Assembly (NCBI GenBank): GCA_030141605.1
Contig: JAQGDQ010000067.1
Location: 310,001-374,000, forward strand
From: Tubiluchus corallicola
Taxonomy: Eukaryota > Animalia > Priapulida
Length of the DNA: 64,000 bases
Direction of reading: 5' to 3'
Numbering within the stretch: position 1 is the first letter of the stretch; each line of letters begins with the position of its first letter. This document shows, one piece after another, positions 13,401 through 27,380 of this stretch. The notes under the pieces were generated by a model. The model saw nothing but the letters and a program-made list of their open reading frames with translations, was not told the origin of the DNA and made no database searches. The translations under genes were made by a program, and so were the position numbers.

Positions 13401-15386
13401 GCACTTTGATATAGCAGACTCTAGAACTCTGTTTGTTTAACTGACTCTTAGTTGGTTGAGTAGTGTAGTGTTTTACACAATTATATTCACAGACATGGAA
13501 CATTTAGCTTCATCATAGAGAAGCATTTGTTGCAACGAGATCTTTTGTGATAAAAGCATCATAATTCTTACGAAGTAATCATCTGATCATCTCAATTATG
13601 GTTTTCATTGTTACTCATTAATTCTAATTTACAACCATTGATTGACTGCTTTTTGTAAATTAGATTTTTTCTTCTGCTGCAGGAAAGTGAGTCTATTTAT
13701 TTACATTTTTACACAACCATTGTAAAGTTGGTGCTAATATCTCAATAGTTAACAACATACTCCATGGGCCAAAGATATGTTCTAATTTATGGTGAACTTA
13801 CATTTTAAAATTGCCACTTAATGATTGAATTTGATCAAAAATAGAATTTTTTATTTCGATATTCTTATATTTGTATTAGTAATAACACGGTTCAAGCTCT
13901 AGTCCTTATTTGAGTGCCTTTGTAAGTGAAATCTAATCTTGCAGGATCAGAATTGTTCATTTTATGTGCGTTATAAAGCACATTATAATACATTAGAATT
14001 TGTAAAATTCAAGAAGGACAACATGGTTACCTAGTCAACCTTCCCTAAATCGTGAAGCTACCATGTTTTCTCTCATTTTCAATTATTAACATATTCTGCT
14101 CACTATCTGTATCTTCGTCAAATACCATAACATAGTCTAATAGTCTTTGATTTTTCTAATAGTCTGTCAGTCTATTATGAATTTTTTTATATTGATTTGA
14201 AAAAAAGAAATCTGACTGGTTGTATTAATGAAAGCCAGTGTTGCTTAGAATACTTGACTAACAGAATGACAGAGCAAGTAAGAAAGTAATTAAGTTTTAT
14301 AGTAATTTTGTTTATAAAGATTATTCGATCATTTATGTGACCTGCGCAGTTTACTTCTGATTTTTATTGAATTTAACAAACCTAGTGTTATCCATGGTTT
14401 TTTATAAGTTTATTTTGCCTAGGTAGGGTTATATATGACAAGTGTTTATTTGTAATCCTTTTAAAATTTTTATAAAATATGTTAAATGCTTCTTTGATAT
14501 GTAAGTTGGAGAAATCAGTAGTATTTAAGGCTTCGTGCAGCTCTGGCGCATAGTTCTGTTTTACAAAATTAGTTTTGTCTCTAATTGTAACCTTGTGTAA
14601 TTTCCATTGACAAAAGACTTTTTAATTACATGTATTGCAAAAATAGGGAGATTGTCAGCAACTTTGTACAGTATTAAGCCCTAGGTAATGAGGTTAGTTA
14701 AATCATTACTGTATATATGATCAGTTAATGTTTGAGATTTATTAGTTATTTGTAGGTTTCGTAATTAACAGGATGAAGCAGTTGGCATAATTCATTGATA
14801 CGTAATTAGATACATAATTTTATTTCTGTGATGAAGCAGATTTACGTGGAAATCACCACAGACATCAAGCTTACCCAATTTATTAATTTTATTTAATATT
14901 ATATCATGTTGCTCTTGGAAGCTTGGTAAGCTACATCTGTGTTTGGATGCCTGTAAAAGATTCTAAATACAATATTTTTGGATTTTATTTTGATTTCTGT
15001 TCAACCGTTTTCAGCCTGCATATCTGTAGTGTTTGAGTTTGTATTTATATTATATTTGAGGGTTTGACTAAAAATTATTTAGTGCATCACGCAATTCTTC
15101 TTCATCCAGACTTTGGAAAGGAAGTATATTGTTAATACACTTCAAACAATAAAAAGGCTCATTAGTATTAGTTAGTAAAGCAAACTCATCATTACTGTAG
15201 TTAGAAATATGCTCTTTTTGTGAACCCAATTATTACTAATATCGCAAAATACTGCACGTTGGTTATATCAGCAAAGTTTTTTTACATTTGATACGAAATT
15301 GGGTAGCCATAGTTGAAATAAAAAATTAAGGATATTTATATTCTGAATTTATATAGTCAGTCAAAACACATATTAGTTGGCACATT

Positions 15387-15760
15387 TTACTTGAATTTGT
15401 TAATATCAGCTTTTGACTTAATTTCGATATGTTCTCTTTCCTCACTAGTTTTTAGAAAGATTCTTCCTTGAGAAGCCCATACTGATTTATACTTGCTATT
15501 TCTCTTTAATGCTGAACACTTGTTGAACACATCTTTCCTAGATCGGGTTAAGCACTCAATGATAAAACTTCCCATTCTTAGGAGTACCTAATTTATGTTC
15601 ATCTGGTGTTTTCATGCATCTCTTGTAAAGCAAGTCTCTCGTTGTTTGCTTGGTAAACTTTACTATAAAAGGATTAGCCCCTTTTGACAATGCAGTACAC
15701 TGATATCACTGCAGGAAACATTCGCTCCCATTAGGCTCCATTGTAATCTTTAACAATTCT
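15387..15760 (-). mobile_element. LINE ORF1 C-terminal remnant
   Basis: DISVLH, PFIVKFT, FIIECLTRSRK...YKSVWASQGRIFLK; resembles CR1/L2-group ORF1 proteins. Confidence 0.65.
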
Positions 15761-15803
15761 ATTCTTTGCTTTTCAGGTTGTGTAATTGTTCAAGATTCTA
15801 AAG

Positions 15804-16043
15804 ATGGATGCAGGTAATCATTTACGTGGAGAATGTGGCACTGGTGAAGAAGTACCAGATCTCAGTGAGCTGTGTGATGCAAAGGCCAATGATGAGGTGT
15901 CAGTTGATCCCGATGTCCGTCTTTCTTTGGAGAGACAGTTGAGCATTCGAAGCAATATCTTGGAAGAACATCAAGATGTGCCTTACGACACTGACATCAG
16001 AGGCGGGTTATTTAGTCATATCACAGACAACAGCTTATTGAGG
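15804..16043 (+). CDS. ATP11: ATP11 coding exon 1 (acidic N-terminal extension; acceptor at 15776/15777, ATG 15804)
   Basis: ttttcag acceptor, in-frame upstream stop, MDAGNHL...NSLLR then GTAGTT donor in phase 0 matching the next exon; sequence itself not conserved. Confidence 0.65.
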
Positions 16044-19000
16044 GTAGTTATGGGTTATATTTAGTCATTATACTCAAATTGTTGCAACATTTCCAAGTTT
16101 GTCTAAAAAACACGGTTTTTCAAAGTACTGCAGTATTTATGTATAAACTTTTTGCACCTAATTTTATTTTTGTTAGAGTGTTGCCTTTAAAAAAATTGAC
16201 AAGTAAAACTAAGCGATGTTTCAGCATCTGTTTCATATCTAGTCTTGAAAAGTCCTGTACGTGTGCAGAACTTAGCACAAAAAATTATTTCTGATTTTCA
16301 TGTATCAGCTGAATATGATAGTGGTCTGTGTTTATGTTGACCTCTTTGAGTTTATTTTGTATGCACCCAGTAATTGATTATCTAATTTGCCAATTTTCTT
16401 CATATTTGTTGAAGTGTAAGAAATGTCGTCAGCCAAATTTGTGAAAATTCGAGATGGTGTTCTAAATATGCATAATTATGTACAATACTATTTTTTGTTG
16501 CGAAACTTTTTAGTCTTTTGTATACACCTAAGTTTTGACATGGTCTTTGTTGAATACATTGAAACCATAGATTTCGAATAAATTAAATGATACTTGCAAT
16601 TTAGTTTTGCTGTCCTTCAGAATTTTCAGAAGAAGAAACGTCAACCGAAATCTAGATGTGTGTATGTGAACAATATTTCACCAATCAAAATTGATGTGAC
16701 AATACCGCAAAAATTTCCAGATAACAAAATAATCTCATCAAAGGTGTGTACTAAACAATTTAAGTTAATTTAAATAATTCATGGAGTTTAAATATGCGAG
16801 CTGTTAGCTATTAACTAAAGGATTGAACTGAAAAGGACTGATCAAAAGGGCACCATCTGAAACTTCAGTACTAAAGTCTACTAGTCCTCTGTGGTGCAAG
16901 ATCACATTGCTTGTTTACAAAATCATGAGAAGTGTAGTACAAAAGTTGGACAGTTGCCAGCTCTAGATAAAATTACTAATAGATCATAGATAACAGTTTC
17001 ATTACACGCATTATTTATCGATTGACAGTTCATGAATGTTATAATTAAGGACATTCAAGTAGTTGTGTTGTTTTGTCAATGTAATGTCCAGTTTCAACAG
17101 AATTCATGTTGTACTTAATTTGTTAACAATTTTTTATGCGATTGATAGCATTTTTATTAGGCAACATAAAGTCCAAATAAACTTGTTCAACTATCTTTCA
17201 TTTTTATCTAAAGTGATATAATTACCTTACATTGCAATTTGCTTTTAGTTTAGTTTGAATGTTGTAAATTCTTTGTAAATTTCAGTATACCCTATGGAAT
17301 TTTATACCAAAGAACTTGTTTGAACAGTTTAGAAGAATAGCAAATTTTTACTTTTTGTGCATAGGAATCATTCAGGTACGAATTTGCAATATGCAGAGTT
17401 TTTCATCCAAGTATTACAAGCAATGCCTATTAATATTAATACTTTTATAGTGTCTGTTATATTTGGTCCAAGTTGTTATATTTAAATGTAAATGAAAGTA
17501 AAAATGTGGAGTATCCACTAGGTCAGCTTATGCGTGTGCATATTATGTCATTTGTTGAGTAACATTGCTAGAGGAAAGTACCATAAACAATTTGTTTTCC
17601 ACAGAAGGCTGATTCTTATGATTATGAAAGACAGTTTCTGCTAAGTATTTTTTGTCCATACCTTCTAAATTTAGTGCTGTTCAGACAGGCATCACATAAG
17701 ATCTTGTTATGAATTATTGATAATGATGATATTTTTTATTTAGTTATTTTTGGAAGACACTCCAGTAAGCCCAGCCACAAGTATATTACCTCTGATTTTC
17801 GTAGTTTCAGTGACAGCGGTAAAACAGGTATTGGTGTGTGTTTTGTATAATTACATTTAGCATCTAGCTGACTCGTTGCTTTATTGAGTGGTTGGTAATT
17901 AGCTGGCCAGGTGCATGGCTCCACTACATCAGCCTAATTACTGTCAAGTTGTTGAATTCTTGAGACTTTCATACTGTGATTAGGTAAAAGTTGGATAAGA
18001 ATTATTCATGTGCAGGATTTGTTTCATTACCGCTGTAGATAGCTTTCTGCTACTTCTTCTTGAAACTTGTCAAATAATGATTCCTTTCTACTGTCATTTC
18101 TTAACCAAATAGTGTGTCCATAAAAGTTTTTGAAGTTAGTCTGGACACTTGATATTGATTACTGTTGCCATTAGCTGACCAGTGTCTCACACATTGTGAA
18201 TTTGAACCCATAAATAATAAATGGCTTGTGATTTTTGGAAACTTCGTTCCTGCAAAGTGTTTCACTGCTGCTTCAAATATGTTACTTTGTTTCTAAAAAT
18301 ATTAAGTTCTGTTTTTAATATTTATTTACATTTTAGGGTTATGAAGATTATCTACGTCATAAAGCAGACCTTGCTGTCAATAATCGTCCGGCATTTGTGA
18401 TAAGAGAAGGGAAGTCCATAGAAGTACGATCACAAGATGTTAAGGTGTAGTAACTGTTTTCTTTTTTTACAATAATGTAGGTAATTGCCGTGGTATTGGA
18501 TCCTGGTTGATTATCAAGGATAATCATCTGAGGTGAAACACTAAATCTCGGCAAATGTGCTTAGTCATGCTCAGCTGCTTGTTCGTTCTACCTCAGTCAC
18601 AAAGTAGATAGGAAAAAACCCACCTGAAGCAGCTACTAGTCACCTATCCATTTGATAACCTGCCTAAGTTCATAGCCAAGCACATACTTTGACTTCTGGC
18701 CTCATTACCACACACTCTGCATTTTTTAAATAACCATAACCAATTACCTCTCTTTATTTATTATCTTTTGTTTATTGGGGAAAATTGGAACTGTGCCCCA
18801 GAATACTCACATTCAAAGCATACTTAGAAACAGTAGATTTTAACCACTTGTATTACTAGGCAACATGCATTGCCGAGTAGTCAAAGCATCATGCTTGATG
18901 ACTGAAGTTAATAGCACCAGTGGTGATTAGTGAATGGATGGGTGAACCGCTTCAGTATTTGCTCGTGGCAGTTTCATTTTCAATACTTGTTTTGACAATT

Positions 19001-22000
19001 TACCATCAAATTGTGACAAAGGCTGTGTGTCCACGAAATCAAGATGCATAAAAACACATTAATTTTTGGGTGTACAATTTCTATTCTAAACACAATGCGT
19101 CCAAGTGAACTGTTTTGCATATTTTATGTGTCCACTGCTGCTACGCACACATTTTTGTCCATCTGCATCTAGAGAAAGAGATTTTTCAGTGTGCTGGCAT
19201 ATTTATGGGCATTGCAGACAAAGCATCCAAGTGTTTCAGCATTTGATTGTTGTTTTTTATCGCTAACTTCATCAAACATTTCTTTAGATGAAGCTGTAAT
19301 AAATTTTATAAAAAAAAGCCGAAATAGCAAAAATACCCCAACAGAAGCAGGGTACTGTTACATAAACTGGGAAACCTGTTATATACCTAACAACGGCCAT
19401 TTTATGAAGCTAAAGTAAAAATTTCTCTCTTTTACGAGCTTTTAAGAATTTCTGTTTTGCAGATTTATTATTGTAGATCAATTAGTCTGGATCTTTTTTT
19501 ACAGTATTATGTAACACCCCTTGCGTGCTGAGTAAAGACCAGAACCTGTATATCGTCTTAAAAAGCTTCATTCTGTAATCCTCAAATTTTCTATAATTAT
19601 TGTAATTATAATGAATTAATAACAAAATATGTGTACAAAACGTATTTACAGTAAACACACTTCATTGTACAGTAGGCACCGCTTAATAGACTCACTGTTA
19701 ATAGACTCAATCGCTTAATTGACTCAAAAACTCCTGGTATGGCACGCTTCTATTCAAATGTACATAAAAACTATCGGTAATTGACTCAAATAACTCCGCA
19801 TAATTGACTCAACGTTTTTGCTTCACATGTTTCAGTAAGACACTTTCCTGTGACTAATAAGCTTTTATGACTTTTCTAATAATCTTAATTTGCTTTTGTC
19901 TTATAATATACATAGAAACAATCATGTTAAGTTCCGTTTTGTTTGTAAGCTATTACGGTGGACAGGCGGGTCAAGGGAAACCATATAGGCTAATTATGCT
20001 AACCTAATGGTTTCCCTTGACCCGCCTGTCCACCGTGATTAACATTGTTACCAATGAATTCTTGGAAGCTAAACATTTAATTACTTGCTTTGCGGTTTGC
20101 TTTCCAAGTTCTGGCTGTCTTTGCCAGAAAGTTTAATCAGGTAGGTGTTGGGTTATGCCAGTGACGCAGGTACAGTACAGTAAGTATGTCACTATTATAC
20201 CAAGCAGGAGCTTAGGCGAATCTACAGACGAACCTACTTGCGGGGAAACACGGGTTCCACCAACAGTTTGAGCATGCCAAGTACTAAGCATTTTATGAGA
20301 ATTTGTGCATCATACAATAACAGATTTTCAATGTATTTATTATTATGAGAACTTTGTGAGCCAACTTCTTTGCGACGAAATGAGGCAGCCGACTTTGACG
20401 GAATTTTTGTATTTTTTGCAAATAAACAGGTTGTGTGATTTAGAAAAGCATACTTTTTATTTATAGCTAATTCACTTATATAAATTAATATTTTATAATA
20501 TGTTTTTTAAGTTTTAACTGCACAAAGAAATTTAGGCATTTTTTCACTTGTAAAATTCATTAAAAACCATTGCAGTGCATATCAAGCTGATGACTCATAC
20601 ATCTATAGCTGTAATACTACACCCATCGGTTAATTGGGTCCAAACACGTCAGTCCCGAAGTGAGTCTATTAAGCAGCGTGTACTGTATTGAAAAATCATA
20701 TCACGCAGCTTTTTCTGACCAAAAAAAAAATTTTAAAATAACAATTAAACTGTAATAAAATTGGGCTTTTACAATAAAATTCTATTCATAAATAATGCAG
20801 CATTATTTAATTTTTGCGCATTTGTAGGTTGGCGATATTGTCTATGTAACAAATAACGAAGGATTTCCATGCGATCTCATCATGTTGTCATCATCAGATC
20901 AAGATGGGCAGTGCTACATTACAACAGCAAACCTTGACGGTGAAACAAACCTTAAGGTAACTTTAAATTTTTTACTTTTATATAGTGGTACTCCATTTAC
21001 ATACTCTGTAGTACTTTACATTATATAAGCATTGAAACTACCAAGATAAATTTACAATTTAAAAATAGTTCTTTAAAAACTTATGCAAACTCTTAAAAAA
21101 AGTAAGTTTTCAGTTTAGACTTAAATGTATCAAAATTATGAAAACTTCTCAATTCATATAGCAATGAGTTATAGTAATAGAGGGTCGCACTTTAAAAAAA
21201 TCTGTCGTTGTGCAAAGGCCAGCTAATTTGATTACATTGATTAGTTTCTGTCACAACCATGAATCTTCACATAGCCACCATTTGTTGTGTTGCCTCACAT
21301 TCATTATGGAGGATTAGCAAAATATGACATCTTCTTAACCAGAAATCTGCTGAGGAACTTATTCACAAATTAGTCATGTCAAGACTCGATTATTGTAATG
21401 GTCTCTGTGTAGGACTCTATGATTACCAGATAAATAAGTTACAGCTTATCCAGAACTCCGCTGCATGTCTGCTAACTCGTAAGTGTTTGACTGATAGACA
21501 ACACATCACTCCTATTTTGAGTGAATTTCATTGGCTGTCTGTTGCAAAAACGAATCATTTTCAACATATTGTGCATCATTTTTAAACTGCTATATAACAA
21601 TCGGCTCCTGTTTATCTGACTGGAATTTTGAAAGCTTGTCATTGTCAACGTCATTCTCATTCCTCTAATCAACTTTTACTTTAACAACCAAATGCTCACA
21701 CACTTCAGGCATATGGCGACAGGGCAATATCAATTTGCGGGCCAATTATGATGTATTAATGAATTTTTCACTTTTTAGGAAACACTTAGAAACCCCATCT
21801 CTTTAATGTTTAAATAACTATTTTATTAACTTTAATTTTGTGTAACTATTAATGACAAGTTGATTAGTTTTAGCAAAGACATTTTAAGATGGTTTTTCTA
21901 ACTCTGGTTTGTCATTGTCATTCTCTTAATGGTTCCATTCAATTTTTGACATCTTCCTGCTATTTTATTATTCGAAGTACAGTGGGAAGTTTGATGATTT

Positions 22001-22185
22001 GTTGGAGTTTGTGAAGGTATATTTTTAACTTTGTAATTTTATTTCAAGTTTTAATTTTGTAGTTGTAACATTTTCTCAACTGCTGTAAAGTGCTTTGAGA
22101 CATATTGTGTAAGGCGTTTAATAAAAAATAAATAAAAATGAATTTATTATTATTATTATTATTATTATTAGTAGTAGTAGTAGTG

Positions 22186-22217
<32 letters not shown>

Positions 22218-25200
22218 TTTACCCAACTGTGAATGAGCAGCTTATTAATTATGTGCTATTAGTATAAGAAGTCAAATCTGTTCTGCTATTGGAGTTCATA
22301 GTTCAAGTGGTAGAGAATGTGGCCAGACACTGGGTTCTGGGTTTGAATCCTGATTAATTCACTATTTTTCAGTGGCTTCCTCCTTCGGTTAATTAATATT
22401 GCTTTCAGATTCACTGCTGCCTTCCTGACACCAAGCATTTAGGAGATGAGCAGAAACTGTGGAGAATACGAGCTTCTATAGAATGTGAAGAACCAACTGC
22501 TGACTTGTATAAATTTATAGGGCGAATGACAATATATAACTCTGAAGTACACAGTAATGCTACACCAATAGTTAGGTATAATATTGTAATTATTGATTTG
22601 TTACTCACATGAACAAATACTTTATTTCTATATTGAGTTACTTAGGCATACCACAATTTTACTTTATTTTATTTGTAAAAAATATAATAGATGTAAATAA
22701 CATCAGTTCAGCTTTTGGTAAAAATACAGCTGAATTACTTTGTAATTATTTGTACAAGTACTGGTTCTATGAAGGCTTTTGTCATAGCGTAAATGGTAAC
22801 ACTATTTGAAAGTAGGTGGCGTTGAGATGAATTATCCTAAGCTAAACAAGGCTAACCTGGATTCTGCTAATGTTGTGCTGTTGTTTGTAAAATGATTCTT
22901 AACATCTAAAACAAAAAATGCATGTTATACACATGAGTACATTCACATCAAAAGAATCATCTCGCATATACGTTTCATACATAATTGGATACATTAATTT
23001 ACAAAGTTTTAGAACATCTGAAGCTTATTGGATGTCATGCAAAAAATAAATGCAATGCTGATGTGTAGCATACTGTAATGCTTGGTTTCATAGAGCAGGT
23101 ATTTATATTAGCAAGTCAAGTGTAGCACGTAACCTGTTTAACTGTCCAAGCCTTTCCTTTCCAAGGCTTTACGATTAGAAGCATCTCACATACTTGAGAG
23201 ATGTTTAATTGTGTTTGAATTAGGACCAAGATTGGCTTTGACCCTTAAATTAGAAAATATTAAGCTTTTATTCTTTTTTCAGCAGTACAACACTGTACTA
23301 TGCTGCCACTTATATATATATAGTCTTTTTATTAAACATATTAGTCCAATTTTTCTGGTATTTTGCAGATCTTTGGGACCAGAAAATATTTTACTCAGGG
23401 GAGCTAGGTTAAAAAACACTGATCATATTTATGGTAAGTTAAAAACAACATGCATCATAGAAGAATTTGTTGTATACCTTGTTATGTAACAAGAAATTTG
23501 CTATTCCATTATGTCATACTTTCTACAATTCCAGTCTTCTGTAGATCTCTTGACATTTTTCTTCTTTTTGTTATGTGAACTAAAAGCCCAAACTTTAGTA
23601 CTTTAAAGGACAAGAAAAGGGGCACCTGAAGTAGGTTTCAGAAAAATTGCCTTAAAAATTATACTACTTTACAGCAATTTCATGCACCTATCGCATTTGC
23701 GTTGAAAAGAATTTTCGTTTCTTTTCATTTTAAATCGTCCGCAATACTGTTCCAACGGTGCCATTACATGACATCACTACGCCACGTAAATCAGGGGAGG
23801 AAAAGACAATGTTAAATTATGATCCAAAAAAACTTTCCGTGCAAATCTATATTAGTTAGCATTTCACTTACCTCGTGGAAAGACTTATATAACTAGACTA
23901 ATAGTTTAAAATGTTTGTGCCTATTGGTGAAATGTCACTGACTCACCCTCCAGGATGTGCCACTCACTAGCCAAAAACGTATTTTTAATCTTATTGACAA
24001 GATACAGTAATTAAAATTTTTATTTAATTAGCAACATGTATGCTACGAATGCTCTGATTATTTTTTCAAACTTTACTCAATGTTATCAAAACTTGTTTCA
24101 AACGACCTACCATTAAAATTGCTGCACTTAACAGTCATCGCCTGAGTTTAAATTTACATGTTTTATACAGCGTTACAGCTGATGCAAGCCATGCATACGA
24201 AAAGGTGGTATAAAATTTCAAAATGATTTTTTTAAGCTTTATGTAAGTGGAGGATTTTCTTGTGCTTTAAGCTAGATGAAATTGACATATATGAAGAAGA
24301 AGAATTCCTCTTTTTTGGATAAATCTGGTTGAAGCAGCTTGACATAATATGGAAAAGCACAGCGTATTTCAATGAACTTATAACAGGTTTACGAGCGTGC
24401 ACATAGATACTTTCTGAAGTTTTCTGCATTCTGGAAAGCACGCAATGGCCGGGCAATTGCTATGATATATTTCTGATGCAACCTGTTTCATATGTATCTA
24501 ACACAAGGCATTGAGCTGCCTTTTCACAGTTAAACAACTAACAGTGCATGGTACCATAGCAAATATCAAATTATTAAGGGATTAGTCTTAATTTTCAAGG
24601 CATAAATTTGCTGTAGTATACTTTGGCTGTCTTGCTGTGTTCCTGAGCAACCATCAGCCTGCACCTCTGTGGAATTGCACAGTCCTCATTGAGCTGAAGA
24701 CCCGAAAAGAGCATGTGATGATGCTTATTCTTGGGTCATCATGACTCGTGAACACACCAGCAGCAATTAGGAATAAGTCAATAAATTGTTATAAAAAAGA
24801 AAGCAAAAATTTAAAAAATGTAAAAGTATTACTAAAAATTGTAAACTTATTTAACAAGGGTCATGGATATTATTCTAGTATAAATGTTATTGTTGCAGGT
24901 TGTGCTGTGTATACTGGTCAACAGACAAAGATGGCGCTGAATTCTAAATTTACTTCAGCAAAATTTTCTACCGTCGAAAAGTGAGTCATAAGAAACTAGG
25001 ATGTTTAAAGCGGTATACACAAGCACTGTGCTAGATATTTGACATAACTGCGCTTTACATTTTGTCAGCGTACAGTGTGATGAAAGATCTCAACAATAAA
25101 AATTCTAATTCGCTTTTCAACTTTTTCAAATTAGCTGGCAATTAACGATATCATTAATCAGATTGTGACTGTGAATGCCAAAAAGTTCATAAAGCATTGC

Positions 25201-27348
25201 TGTTTATTTCACATTTCACAACAATTACTGATTGGTACAGGTGGCACTGTTGAGTTGTGTGCTACAAAGATAAAATCATGGTCCTGCTCTATTGTATTGA
25301 ACAGGTAACTCAGCTGACAGAGCATGGGGGGTCTATGCCAATGTCTCAGGTTCAGGTCCTGACTGGTTCACAATTTTTCAGCATCTCTTTTCTTTCATTA
25401 TCATTAGCTGCAATGGGTAATAATTGGTGTGAAATAAACCGCAATGATTTGTGAACATTCTCACATTCACAATCACAATCTGATTAATAAAAAGGTTTTG
25501 TTCTTTTCATGTTTATGCTTCTTACTAGATGTTGCTCAATGTTTACTCTGATTACTAGTATCTAATACTAAGCTTTTAGTGCAAGTTTTTCTTCTTCTGC
25601 CCTATTCGCTTTAATGCCTCATTCTGGAGATTTGTTGTCATTGTTTTTTAAGTCGCTGACATATTTTAACTCCTTTGCTTTATTTTCATTACAGATCTAT
25701 GAATATATTTCTAATAGTTTTTCTAATCATTCTGATAGTGGAAGCATTTACTTTGACACTTATTAAGAATGTTTATGAGCATGTATGTCCTTGGCCCTGG
25801 TACTTGCCCGATGAAAAACCCGTAAATGTAAGTATTTGTCAGAATACTCTAATAATTTTCTGATGTTTTTTCTGGCTAAAATAGGATAGTTTCTGTAAAA
25901 GAATTAAATTTGGTGCAGGAATGGAAAAATAAACTTTTTAAATTAAACAGAGAGAACACTTAGAGTTTCAGAATGCTTGTCGTTTTCTTAATGCTCGTTA
26001 GCATTTTACATTAGCTTGTGGTGAGGAATACCTGAGAGGTAAGAGTTTGCTTGTCTGCTATAAATGATAATTTAAAAAAAAACTGGTAAGTTGGCATTCA
26101 CTTTCATAATTGATTGTCAAGATTTTGAACTTCAAGGATAATGTCTTGTTATGTCAAATTTTATTTCATGCTGTAGCAGAGCCTCATAAATCGCTGGAAG
26201 GGTTTATTACAGACACTCTTTTTAGGTGTCAGCATAATATCTAATACAAAACAAAAAATAAGTATCTGTAAAAATGTAAAAAGAAACTGTCTGGCAGTGG
26301 ATGCTAAAATATATAAGCGACTTCTGTTTTGATGTTACCAAGCTTTAATTTAAAGCTGAAGAAAACAAGTAGTTAATAATCAACATTAATAATATGAGTC
26401 AATGTTAGTTAATTTTTTTACATTGTTAGTGATGGAAATCTTTTTTCAGTTGTCTGATTTCTAAGTTAATTTTATACTTTTCAGTTCAGGAATGTACTGC
26501 AGGACATCCTGTCATTTCTTGTTTTGCTGAATTATGTGATACCAATATCTCTGTATGTAACACTAGGTAAGCATATTTATTTTTTCTAATTTACATTTTC
26601 TAATTATGAATGTACCACATGCTTGTAATTATGTGGAAATAGTTCTTAATGTCAAGAATTAGTACAATTAATGAAAAATCCCGTATTAATGGAATGAAGA
26701 GACGAGGTTTCAGTTTATCACCACAACCTGTTTTCAAATGAAAAGGGAAAAATTAAAAAAAGCATTTAAGATCACTCACTGTAATTTTTTGAGACTTGTA
26801 ATAGTAATGATGAGTGTAGGTTCTTACTATGATGCTATTAGTGACATTTTTGTGTTCTTTCTCGTGTTGCTTTTTCTTTGCTGTGAATTCGTACTTAATT
26901 AGTCATAATGTACTTTTCCATGTAGTTTTTGTACTGCGAATTATTTATGCAATTAGTGACTGAATGTGTTAGTATTTTAAAATGTGAAAATTACTGTCTA
27001 ATGTTTTTAATGTTTTTTACCTTTTCCTCCCAAAAGAGTTAACAATGATAGACTGAAATACGTTTTTCATTCCTTTATACTGTGGGAGTTTTTTATTAAT
27101 TATGTTTTTGTAATGTTTTAGATAAGTTGATATTATCTGCATTTGCAAAAGCCACATGCATACAAGCTGTATTAAGAGAATAATTACATCTTTACATTGT
27201 CTTCAGCATGGCTTCAATAGATTGTATACCAATTTTTCATACAGACGCCCACACTACAATTCGGAACCTAGCCTTCCATTGTCTGGGCCTACTTAACTTT
27301 TATGGTTGTGCCTAGATCAGCACTAACTTTTTGTCAAAGATAAATCCT

Positions 27349-27380
<32 letters not shown>

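Noticed and set aside
14026-14039. Second X-box-like motif GTTACCTAGTCAAC
   Set aside because: Imperfect match with no supporting promoter context
22044-22226. Poly-Thr/Asn ORF
   Set aside because: Translation of the (ATT)n(AGT)n microsatellite
22291-22372. tRNA gene
   Set aside because: A/B boxes are degenerate and no acceptor stem or cloverleaf forms; treated as a SINE remnant (same for 25304-25385)
23600-24530. Kolobok-like element starting TTAAAGG
   Set aside because: No convincing matching right end identified
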